NCBI GenBank assembly: GCA_030390025.1
Contig: JASTWF010000369.1
Span: 1-64,000 of the forward strand
Source: Squalus acanthias
Taxonomy: Eukaryota
Direction: 5' to 3'
Length of the DNA stretch: 64,000 nt
Positions 24,109-35,403 of the stretch are shown here, in pieces. Numbering within the stretch: the stretch's first letter is position 1; every line of letters begins with the position of its first letter. The translations under genes were made by a program, and so were the position numbers. The notes beneath the pieces are model-generated. The model was not told the origin of the DNA and searched no databases. It saw nothing but the letters and a program-made list of their open reading frames with translations.

Positions 24109-24385
24109 TCTGAAAATTACATCAATCTCTACAAAGGAGACGCAATCCCAACTAAATTGTTTCATTTAATATTTCAGAAGAAATTGTGCTGCCTGGCAGG
24201 TTATTACATTTAGAATATTTGGGAAACATGGAGTTTTCTAATTGTTATTTGTTTCAAAGTGGTAATCAGTGTCTGCACATCAATCATATCAAGACAAACA
24301 AATCTTATCAATACACCGACAGCAGGAACAGTGACACAGTGAAACACTGCTAAAGATGAATATTAACAGATTATAATCGGCTTAC

Positions 24386-24455
24386 CAGGAACACCAACTA
24401 TTGCAAGAATAGGGTAGTAAATGTTTTCTATCTGTATGATCACCGGCTGCCCCAT
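24386..24455 (-). CDS. Class A GPCR exon 1 (MGQPVIIQIENIYYPILAIVGVP + G, phase 1)
   Basis: ATG at 24453-24455; GTAAG donor at 24381-24385; splicing gives GVP-A-N in TM1, in frame with exon 2. Confidence 0.9.
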
Positions 24456-24527
24456 ATTCGGAGAGAAGCGATGTTGTCTGTTCGTGTTTTGGAGACGCAG
24501 CTCTTGTGCTTTCAAAATAAGGTCTTA

Positions 24528-24605
24528 TTTATACCTGAGAGAAACCTCGAGTGACACACGAGCATTGCACAATCATTGGCATTAGTTACAGTCATTTGAA
24601 CAAAC
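24528..24605 (-). promoter_or_regulatory. GPCR proximal promoter: TATAAA (24528-24533) and conserved GTTTGTTCAAATG (24593-24605)
   Basis: The 13-mer recurs upstream of all five exon 1 copies; TATAAA lies 73-78 bp before the ATG in three of them. Confidence 0.65.
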
Positions 24606-25189
24606 AGATTCAGTCGAGCGTTAATAACTGCTGCTGATCAGAGTGCAGGATATTTTGCAACAACATTTCACGTAGGAATATTTTGGAAATGAAACATTTT
24701 GAACTCATCACTCCTAAATTAATGGTACAGACTCCTGAAGCTGAGGATATCCTTTATAGGAGCACGGGAGACATTTGATGAAAGAAATGCGTATATTTCT
24801 GGTAGATTAGCACCATCTAAATTTTCGATACATCATATTTTTTCTTTTTTTTAATTTATACTCTGCATAATATAGAGATTAGGAGGCTCCGTGGTGCACT
24901 TGAGATGGAAGAGCGTTCACAGATACACACGGAAAGTGAGGTTGTCAGTTGTATACAGCTAAGCAGCCCCGCTGATATGCTGAGATGTTGGATTTCAACA
25001 ACAACAGGCGTTGGGAGGAAGAGATAGGGTCTGGTCTGATATGTACCGCGTGTGAGAAAGATGAATGTGGATAAGGGTCTCAATAGCCGTTTGGAAGGGA
25101 TGTGGGAGTTTATGGCCCTGAAAGTAAAGGAATTGGAAGGTGAAAAGGAGATTTTCTGTCGGCTGTCGAACCGAAATTTGGAGCGGGAC

Positions 25190-26110
25190 ACTTTTTATAT
25201 ATGTTAATCTCAGTTTTGAAATTTCAGTTGACCTAAACACAACAGCATTTTGGATTAGAGAGTTCCGGATTTCTTCCATCGTTTGTGTGAAGAAGAGTTT
25301 CCAGAAATCACCCCTGAACAATGGAGCTCTAATTTTAAGGTTATGCCCCACCAGAAAAAAAATGTTTCTCTCTATCTACCCTTTCACCTCCTTTATTTAT
25401 CTAAAACACCTCAGGTAGATCATCCATAATCCTCTATACTCAAGGAGATACAAGGCCAGTATATACATGCTGTCCTCATAATTTAACCCTTTTAGCCACG
25501 GCATTGTGCTGGTGAATCTGCGCTGCACCCACTCCAAGGCCAATATACCCTTCCTGAGGTAGGGTGCGCAGAACTGAACGCAGTCTCTAAATGGGGGCTA
25601 GGCAGATTTTTGTATAACCATATCGTCACTTGCCCCGCATTGTATTCCAGCCCCGTTGAGATGAAGGCCAACATTCCATTAGGCGTTATCATTATGTTTG
25701 TACCTGTCCACTAGCTTTCAGTGATTTCTCTACTTGTACACTTACTATCCCTGCTACTCCACACTTTATATCCGCTTACCTTTTAGAATATACTCTGATC
25801 TAACTTTCTTCGGTCCAATGTGGATGACCTCACACTTCCCCTGGTTGAACTCCAACTGCCACAGGTTTGCTCAGTTATTTAAGTTATTAATTGTCCTTTG
25901 CAATCGTCAGCTCGCATCTACACTATTTACTCTCCCACCTTAGTGTCGTCAGCAAACGTGGATATGTGGCTCTATATTCCTTCATCTCTATCACTATACA
26001 TGTAGCGAAAAACTGATGGCCCAGTACAACCGGCCAATCTGAGTATGTACCCTTTATTATTGCTCTCTGCCTCGTATTGCCTAACCGATTTCCTACCCAT
26101 GTCAGTAGGA
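25190..26110 (-). mobile_element. Old CR1 3' fragment upstream of the GPCR
   Basis: Decayed RT C-terminal peptides (NGMLAFIS, PHLE, GHNLKIR, FFTQ). Confidence 0.75.
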
Positions 26111-28201
26111 TGGGCAGATGATCTTGGATTCGAACTCCGAATTGATAATAGCGACCACTCATAAACTGAGCATTCTGGGACAGTTTGACGAGAATTGTTT
26201 GTCGTGAAGCTGTCATAAAGTAAGATTACGTTTGGTTTTATGAATCTTAATTTCAAATAATTAGGGTCAATTTGATTTAACATTAGATTGACCAAGCTGC
26301 ACCATTACGGGAATTCCATTGTCCCCATGGCACTGGTGACCTTAAATTTGCAGACTCGTCAGACTGTGCAAAAAGAAACATCGAATCTGCATGGGGTTGA
26401 TTTGCTTTTCTCCGTGTCTTTGTTCGGAAATAAACTAGGAAGAAAAAAAATATAAGATTAGATAAGAGTACAGCCAGGTTGTAAGGCCAGTCGCATATGG
26501 ATTGTTAACTGACAACGGTAAATGATTTAATCTTTCTGATTGTGGTATAATTAAGGCAAAATTTAGTGAAAGATGCAAGTATATATAGACATTAAAACAA
26601 TGTTCTCACAAGTTATAAGATCTGTTGACTTCCCACTTTTTGACTTCAAGCTATTGTCTGAAGCCGGATACATTACCAACGCCAAATCACGTCTAACGTC
26701 CGACTTGCATTTAAATCTGACTGGAGATCTGAACTCTGTGGGTTGACTAGAAATTTTTATTATTCAGCTTTGGGAAAGTCTCGGTAAGAATTGTTTCATT
26801 CCAAAATCGCTGTCCCTTATCAAGGTAACTTCACACTTCCCCACATTGTATTCCATTTGCCATGTTCTTGCCCACTCAGTCAACCTGTCTATATCTCTCT
26901 GCAGCCACTTTGCGTCCTGATCACAACTTACTTTCCCACCTAACTTTGTATAATCAGCAAAATTGGATACGTTACACCCAGTCACTCCATCAAAATCACT
27001 AATATAGATTGTAAATAGCTGAGGCCCAAGCACTGATCCTTGCGCTACCCCACTAGTTACAGTCTGCCAACCTGAAAAAGTCCCGTTTATTCCTACTCTC
27101 TGTTTTCTGTTCATTAACGAATGCTCAATCCATGCTAATATATTACCCCCAATCCCATGAGTCCTAATTTTTTGTATTTGCATCTTGTGCGGCACCTTAT
27201 CGAACGCTTTTTGAAAGTCTAAATAAACTACATCCACTGGTTCCCCTTTATCCATTTTACTAGTTACATCTTCAAAACACTCTAAAAGATTTGTCAAACA
27301 CGATTTTCCTTTCATAAAATCATGTTGACTCTGCCTAATCATGTTACGATTAGCTAAGTGCCCTGTTACCATTTCCTTACAAACATATTCTAGCATTTTA
27401 CTGCTCCTGATGCCAGGCAAACTGGCCTATAGTTCCCCGGTTTTTTATCTTCCTCGTTCCATAAATAGCAGGGTTATGTTTGCTACCTTCCAATACTTGG
27501 GGACTGTTCTAGCACAAGGGAAATCTGGAAGATTAGTATCAGCGCATCCACTATCTCTGCAGATACCTCTTTTTAAACCCTGGGATGCGGTCGTCAGGTC
27601 CAGGGGATTTGTAGCCATTTCGTCACATTAATTTCTCCAGCATTATGTCTTTAGTTATAATGATTTCTTTAAGTACCTCACTCTCTCTAGACCCTTCATT
27701 CCCCATTATTTTCAGAATGTTTTTTGTGTCTTCTCATGTGAAGACAGATAAAACGTATTTGTTTAATGTCTCTGTCATTTCCTTATTGTCCTTTATCATT
27801 TCTCTTGTCTCTGACTCGAATGGGCCCACGTTTACTTTCACTAATCTCTTCCTATTTACATACTTATAGAAAAGTTTACAGCCTGTTTTGATGTCTTTTG
27901 CTAATGTACTCTCATATTCTTTTTACTATTTCCTGATCAACTTCTTGGTCATCCTTTGCTGAATTCCAAAATCGTTCTACACCACACTAGTATTACTTTT
28001 TGGCAAAATTATAAGCCCGTTCCTTTTATCTAATACTATCTTTAACATTTCTTTATAGCCACGGTTGGACCACATTTCCTGTGGGTTTTTTGTGCCTTAA
28101 AGGAATGTATATTTATTCTAAATTGTGTATTAATTCTTTAAATGCTTGCCATTGTTTTTTATTATACCTTTTAACGTAGTTTCCAAATCCACCTTATCCA
28201 A

Positions 28202-29065
28202 GGGACCGCTCCCTCCGCGACACCCTAGTCCACTCCTCTACCACCCCCAGCACCCCTTCCCCTTCGCCCGGCACCTTCCCGTGCACGCGCAGGAGATGCA
28301 ACACATGCCCTTATACCTCCCCTCTTCCCACTGTCCAGGGCCCCAAACACCCCTTCCAGGTGAAACAGCGATTTACTTGTACTTCCTGCAATTTAGTATA
28401 CTGTATTCGCTGCTCACGATGTGGACTCCTCTACATTGGGGAGACCAAACGCAGATTGGGTGACCGCTTTGCGGAACACCTCCGTTCAGTCCGTAAGGGG
28501 GACCCCGAGCTCCCGGTGGCCTGTCACTTTAATTCACCGCTTCACTCCCACTCTGACCTCACCGTCCTCGGCCTAATACACTGTTCCACGGAAGCTCAGC
28601 GTAAGCTCGAGGAACAGCACCTCATCTTTCGTTTAGGCACGCTACAGCCCTCTGGACTCAATATCGAGTTCAACAATTTTAGATCATAACCTCAGCTCCA
28701 ATCACATTTATATTTTATTTTATCCACCCTTTTATTTGTCCCCCCCACCTTTTTTTTCCTCCTAGAAGCTGGCAGCTGTCCTTCATTCTGCCAGTAGATT
28801 TCACACTTCATTCAGCCTTAATCTGTCACATTAACACCACCTCTAGCCTTGCATATCTCTTAATGTCTCTTAATGTCTCTTCATCTCCTCCTTTGTTCCT
28901 TTATCCCCTCCCCCTTTTCCCAGCTTTACCCTGGCCTTAAATCTATTTGATTTCCAGCTCTTCCCAGTTCTGATGAAAGGTCATCGACCTGAAACGTCAA
29001 CTCTCTTTCTCTCTCCACGGATGCTGCCTGGCCTGCTGAGTTTTTCCAGCGTTTTCTGTTGTTAT
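28202..29065 (+). mobile_element. 5'-truncated Penelope-like element with open GIY-YIG domain and 3' hammerhead
   Basis: ORF 28360-28689 NLVYCIRC..C.LLYIGET.R.L..RF.EH...E...I..L....P.GLN; perfect 14-bp TSD TCCACCTTATCCAA at 28188-28201 and 29066-29079. Confidence 0.93.
28966..29002 (+). ncRNA. Minimal type I hammerhead ribozyme motif
   Basis: AGTT-CTGATGA-A-AGGTC-ATC-GACCT-GAAAC-GTC-AACT: canonical core, GUC cleavage triplet, helix I AGTT/AACT. Confidence 0.85.
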
Positions 29066-29792
29066 TCCACCTTATCCAACTCGCCCCCCATAACGACGTA
29101 GTTTGCTTTGTTCAGAATAAAAATCCTAGTTTCGGATTTAACGAAGTCATTTTCAAACTCAATATAAAATTAAATCATATTATGGTCACTCTTCCCTGAA
29201 CGCCCCTTTACTACAAAGTCATTGATGAACGCTTCCTCATGCACAACACTAGATCAAAATCAACCTGCTCCCGAGTTGGTTCCTCAACATACTGATCTAG
29301 AAAACTATCTTGCATACAGCCCATGAATCCGTCCTCCACACTATCACTGCAAATTTGGTTTCCCCATCTGTATGTAGATTAATGTTGCCCATGATTACTG
29401 TATTACCCTTGTTGCATGCGCCTCTAATTTCCTGATTTATACTTTGCCCTACGTTACAAATACGGTTTGGGAACTGTAAACAACTCCCACAAATGTTTGC
29501 TGCCCTTTCCTGCTTTTTAGCTCCACCCAAACTGATTTTACTTCTTGATTTTCAGAACTAAGATCTTTTCTCGCTAATGTCTTATCACATCCTTTATTAT
29601 CAGTGCTACCCTTGTTCCTTTTCCATATTGCCTATCTCTTCTAATAGTTAACTATGCTGGAATATTTAGTTCCAAACTTGGACACTTTGCAACCACGTCT
29701 ACGTTATGGCTATTCGATTAAAACTGTTAATTTCTATCTGCGCTATTAATTCATTTATTTTGTTGTGAATGCTTTCCACATTCAGATATAAT

Positions 29793-30532
29793 GCCGAAAA
29801 ATTCGTGAGGAAGCCTTCGTGCGAGGGTAAGGCTTCCCCGCGATCTCTCACTGCGCGTTGGCTTTTTCAGTTCCAGCTCGCACGAGCTTAATGTTCTGGA
29901 TAGCTGCTGTGCTGGGCTTCCGTATCCCACAGGCGCAGTTAATTCGTGCGAGCTGTGGGATCACGTGACTCAGTTAGAGCCAATGGCAGCACACCATCTT
30001 CCATTCATAACTTTCACATAAGTGCTGTGAAAGCTATGAATACTATAGCCCCCCAAAAGAACAGCTAAACCTCAATTAAATTTTTTTTAAAAAATCACAT
30101 TAATAAAATAAGTATAGTTAAATAAATTAACCATTTTAAATAAAAAATTAAATTTTTGAAAAAATTTAAAATCTTTTAAAAAGTTATAAAAATAAACTTA
30201 CCTGTCTTTAAAGTCTCTAAAAAAGATATACCTGTTAAAAAAATTCAAAATAATACTTAATTCACTGCTCACCTTGTTAAAAGTGGGTCTTACTCCTCCT
30301 TACTTTATGTGTAAAATCTTCCATACTTCCCTGCACGTTGAAAGCACTAAGTGCACTGCGTGCGCGCAGCCTGTAGCGCGCACGCAGTTCACTTAGGAAC
30401 CGCCCCCTTTTGCATTCACCAAGTGCCGGTTTTCAGCGCATGCGCAGTGCATGCAGAAAACCGGCAATTGGAGACAGAATACCGGAGAGTACGCAGTGCG
30501 TACTCTCGCGTATCAACACAAATTTTTGGGCC
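29793..30532. mobile_element. 740-bp MITE-like element with short TIRs (GGCCCAAAAATT type)
   Basis: Interrupts the CR1; a near-identical inverted copy is at 59735-60474; non-coding, GC-rich ends with an AT-rich core. Confidence 0.8.
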
Positions 30533-31104
30533 ATTGCCTTTAGCTTTGACTTCATTCCATTTTTCCCTAATATAACCTTAGTCGATGATGGCTTGTTACC
30601 TTTGTTACTCTCTCTCTCACCCTTCCTGAACCATTCTACTTATTTTTACCCAAACTCTACTCTTCTCTAGAGCCTTGACATTTCTCTTTTAACTTTATTC
30701 TTTCCTCAATCCTCCCCCCCCCCCCGCACCCCCACCAATCTTCATTAGTTTAAAGCGCTGTCTACTGCCCGAATTATTTGGTTCGCCAGGACACTGATCC
30801 CAGGCCGGTTTATTTGGAGCCCGTCCCAACGGGACAGTTCCCTCTTTCCCCAGTACTGGTGCCAGTTTCCATGAACGGAATCCCCTTCCTCACACACCAC
30901 CCTTTGAGCCACGCATTTAAACCTCTAATCTGTTTGTCCTTATGCCGATTTGTGCGTGGTTTAGGTAACAATCCAGAGATTATTACCTTTGAGGTTCTGC
31001 TTTTTAATTTGGTTCCTAGTTCCTCAAACTCCCTCAGCAGAATCTCATTCCTATTTCTACCTATGTCGTTGGTTCCTACGTGGACCACAATAACTGGATC
31101 CGAT

Positions 31105-31741
31105 CCCTACCTGCGAGGAGTCGGCAGCAGCAGTGGAGGAGTCATAAATACAGCGGGTGGCCGAGGACAGCGTGGACCTGCGAGGAGTCGGCAGCAGCAG
31201 CGAGGAGGCATAAATACAGCGGGAGGCCGAGGACAGCATGGAACTGCGAGGAGTCGGCAGCAGCAGCGAGGTTGCAGATACAAATCCGGCGAATTCCAAA
31301 AGAACAGCAAAAAATCTAAGAGAGACGTCACAGGACTGCAGGAAAGAATCCGAGAGCGGGAGCAGTCAAACAACAACTGAAAAACCGCTAACGTGACATC
31401 ACAACCAGGGAAGTAGCTGATTGGTAAGTAGGACCTGGTGAGTATATCTACAGTCCAGTCGTTAAAGTAAAAGTAAGGTCTGTACTTTAGAGTAAGTAGT
31501 GTTTAAAGTGAAGTGAGGTCCCTAGTGTATTTAATATTAATTAATTTAAAGGAAATAAAAGGTAGCAAATTAAGGGTAGGACATGGCAGGGCAGCTCGGC
31601 AACCTGGAGTGCTCCTCTTGTGCTATGTGGGAAGTCAGGGACACTTTTGGTGAACACATGTGCAGGAAGAGTCTCCAACTGCAGCTACTCGAAATACACG
31701 TTTCGGAGCTGGAGCTGCGGCTGAAGTCACTGTGGAGCATT
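31105..31741 (+). mobile_element. CR1 5'UTR with ~66-bp tandem monomers and ORF1 start, inverted relative to the adjacent CR1 body
   Basis: CTGCGAGGAGTCGGCAGCAGCAG at 31111, 31178 and 31244; ORF MAGQLGNLECSSCAMWEVRD...HMCRKSLQLQLLE at 31583. Confidence 0.75.
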
Positions 31742-33800
31742 GATTTTCGGAGCTACGATCTATACTGTCTTAATCCCATCCTTTATTATCAGGGCTAATC
31801 CTCCTCCTTTTCCATTTTGACTATCTCTTCTAAACGTTAAAATATCCTGGAATATTTAGTTCCCAACCAAGGTCTCTTTCCATGTCCATTTCATGGTGCT
31901 CTTTTGCTGAATTGTAAAATCCTCCCACTCTTCAAGCTTACAGGTCATTTTGCCAACATTATAAACCTCTTCCTTTGATCTAATAATAAGTTTAATTTAG
32001 CTTGTTAGCCACGGTTGGACCACATTTCCTGTGGGGTTTTTGCGTCTTAAAGGAACGTATATTTGTTGTAAATTATGTGTTGTTTCTTTAAATGCTTGCC
32101 ATTGATTGTCTACCATCATACCTTTTAATGAAGTTCGCAATCTACCTTAGCCAATTCGCCCCTCATACCTAGATCGTTTACCTTATTTAGATTTATGGTC
32201 CTAGTTTGGTATTTAACTAAATCACTTTCAAACTCAATATAAAATTCTATCTTATCATGTTTACTGTTACCTAAATGCCCATTTACTACAAGGTTATTAA
32301 TTAACACTTTCTCATTGCACAATTCTAGATCTAAAATAGCCTGTTCCCTAATTGGACCTCAGCATACTGATCTAGAAAACTATCTTGTATACTTTCCCTG
32401 AACTCGTGCTCCACACTTTTACTGCAAATTTGGTTTGCCCAGTCTATATGTAGATTCGAGTCCCCCATGATTTCTGTATTACACTTGTTACATGCGCCTC
32501 TAATTTACTGATTGATACTCTGCCACACATTACATCGATTGTTTGGGGGCCTATAAGCAACTCCCACCAATGTTTTCTGGCTCTTGCTGTTTCTTATCAC
32601 CACCCAAACTGATTCTAAATTTTGATTTTTCCGAGCTAAAATCTCTACTATGTTAAGTAATCCTGTATAATCAGTACCAATCCTCCTTCTTTCCAATTTT
32701 GACTATCTCTTCTAAAAGTTAATTATCCTGGAATATTTAGTTCCCAACCATGGTCACTTTCCAACCACATCTTTGTAATGGCTATCAGATCAAACCTATT
32801 CATTTCTATTTGCGCTTTTAATTCATCTATTTTGTTGTGAATGCTTCGCACATTTAGATTTAGTACCTTTCGCTTTGACTTTTTTCTATTTTCCCCTCAT
32901 GTCTCCTTCGTCACTGATGCCCTATTACTTTTGTTACTCTCTCTGTCCCTTCCTCACCTAACTCTGCTTATTTTTACTCCAGACCCCTTCTTCCCACAGC
33001 ATTCTTTGAGCCACGCATTTAAAGTTCTAATCTGTTTGTCCCTATGCCAATTTGTGCGTGTCTCAGGTAACAATCCCGAGAATATTACCGTTGAGGTTCT
33101 ACTTTATAATTTGCATCCTCGCTCCTCCAACTCCCTCAGCAGTACCTCATTCCTAGTTCTACCTATGTCATTAGCTCCTACGTGGACCACGACAACTGGA
33201 CACTCCCCCTCTCACTCCAAGTTATTCTTCAGGCGCGAAGAGATATCCATAAACATGGCAGGCAACAGAGCCTTCGGTACTCCCTGTAGCGGCTGCAAAT
33301 AACAATTTCTATGCCCCTGACTAGACTGTCGGCTACCACTACCACATTCCTTTTTGCTCCGCCCACTTCAATGACCTCCTGTACCACGGTGCCGTGGTCA
33401 GTTTGCCCATCCTCCCTGCAGTCCTTGTTCTCATCCATACAGGTAGCAAGCAAGTACCTCGTACCTGTTGGACAACGTCAAGGGCTGAGGCTCCTCCGTC
33501 ACTATATCCTGGGTCCCCATACCTGACTCGCAGTTACATCTTCCTCTCCCTGACCATTGACTAACTCTAAAGTACTGCCTAAATTAAGGAGTGCGCCTGC
33601 CTCCTGTAACAAAGTGTCCAGGTAACGCTCCCCTTACCTCATGCATCGCAATGCCTGCAGCTCGGACTCCAGCTCAACAACTCTGAGCCGAAGTTGCTCG
33701 AGCTGCAGGCACTTACCGCCGATGTGGTCGCTCAGGATCTCATTGGTCTCCACCAACTCCCACATACTGCAGTTACGACACACCGCCTGCACTGCCATCT
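31742..33800 (-). mobile_element. CR1 fragments (ORF1 to endonuclease domain), decayed
   Basis: VGVAYRPPN, ESVWV and esterase-region peptides; similar to 29100-31100. Confidence 0.75.
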
Positions 33801-34739
33801 CTATCTACCCTTATTTTATTTATATTATTAAGCGAGTTTAAGTTGCTAATTTAATAAAGTAATTGCAGTTATTATTCTCCCAGCTCTTAATTTAACCCAA
33901 TTCTCTAAATTAGAGAGGAAAATAAGCTCTGCATTTATGTAGATCTCCAAAACTCAAAATTAATTTATATTTAACTTCCTTTGTTTTTAATAGTGGTAAA
34001 TCACACCTGCGGATTCATGAAACGTGCTGGAATCACATTAATGTAACATTACACTAGATTAGTACCATAGAATCATAGAGTGGTTGCAGCACAGAAGGAG
34101 ACCATTCGGCCTGTCGAGCCCGTGCCGGCTCTCTGCAAGAGCACTTCAGTTAGATCCACTCCCCCGTCCTTTCCCCGTAGCCCTACATTTTTTTTCCTTC
34201 AGGTACTTAACCAATTTCATTTTAAAAGTCACGGTTAAATCTGCCTCCACCACCGTTTCAACCAGTGCATTAGAAATCCTAAAAACTCACCACGTAAAAA
34301 TGTTTAACTCATGTCGCCTTGGTTCTTCTGCCAATCACCTTAAATCTGTGTCTTCTGGTTCTCGACACTTCCACCAATGGGAACAGTTTCTCTCTACCTA
34401 CTCTGTCTGGACCCCTCATGCTTTAGAACACCTCTATCGAATCTCCACTCAGCCTTATCTGTTCTAAGGCGAACATTCCCAGTTTCTCCAGTCTATCCAC
34501 GTAACTGAAGTCCCTCATCTCTGGAACCATTCTTATGAATGTTTTGCTCACCCTCTCTAAGGCTTTCACATCCTTCCTAAAGTGCGGTGCTCAGAATTGG
34601 ACACAATACTCCAGTTGAAGCCGAACCAGTGTTTTATGAATGCTCATCATAACTTCCTTGCTTTTGTTCTCTATGCCTCGATTTATGAAATTGAGAGGTC
34701 GCACAACACCAGGTTATAGTCCAACAGTTTTATTTGAAA

Positions 34740-34777
34740 TCACAAGCTTTCGGAACTATCGCTCCTTCCTCAGGTGA
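34740..34777 (-). ncRNA. Minimal hammerhead ribozyme motif (left arm)
   Basis: TCAC-CTGAGGA-A-GGAGC-GATA-GTTCC-GAAAGCTT-GTGA on the minus strand. Confidence 0.8.
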
Positions 34778-35365
34778 AGTAAATTGGATACAGAATCGTC
34801 AGAGCATATATAGATGGAAAAAAAAGCATGTGTACTTTACAATTGCAGACCAATAAATTAAATCATCCTGACTATCTGCCGAGGTGTGATAAAGTTAATT
34901 AAGTCAGCCAGGAAGGTACCACATCAAAAGACATAGCAAGATACAACTGAGACAATGAGGTGAAGTCGCAGGGGTTCTAACGTGTCAAAAGCTGCCGTAT
35001 GTATGTAAAACGAAAAGCTTTAAAAAAAAATTTACTTTTTTACTGGGAAAATTTTTACTTTTTTACTGGGAATCACATCTGTGAACAAGCTAACGACGAC
35101 TCGAGTCCGGATCACGTCATGTATCGTGACATAAACCCATACATACGGCAGCTTTTGACACGTTAGAACCCCTGCGACTTCACCTCATTGTCTCAGTTGT
35201 ATCTTGCTATGTCTTTTGATGTGGTACCTTCCTGGCTGACTTAATTAACTTTATCACACCTCGGCAGATAGTCAGGATGATTTAATTTATTGGTCTGCAA
35301 TTGTAAAGTACACATGCTTTTTTTTCCATCTATATATGCTCTGACGATTCTGTATCCAATTTACT

Positions 35366-35403
35366 TCACCTGAGGAAGGAGCGATAGTTCCGAAAGCTTG
35401 TGA
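35366..35403 (+). ncRNA. Minimal hammerhead ribozyme motif (right arm)
   Basis: TCAC-CTGAGGA-A-GGAGC-GATA-GTTCC-GAAAGCTT-GTGA on the plus strand. Confidence 0.8.

Larger units (their letters stand above)
26827..31100 (-). mobile_element. CR1 LINE body (ORF1 esterase plus ORF2), decayed, with nested Penelope and MITE insertions
   Basis: LDFQKAFDKV, QGSVLGP and VHVGTNDIG (SGNH esterase) peptides lie collinearly on the minus strand. Confidence 0.88.

Noticed and set aside
30778..31380. 200-aa ORF with repeated SRQQQRGG
   Set aside because: Antisense of the CR1 esterase fused to translated 5'UTR monomers.
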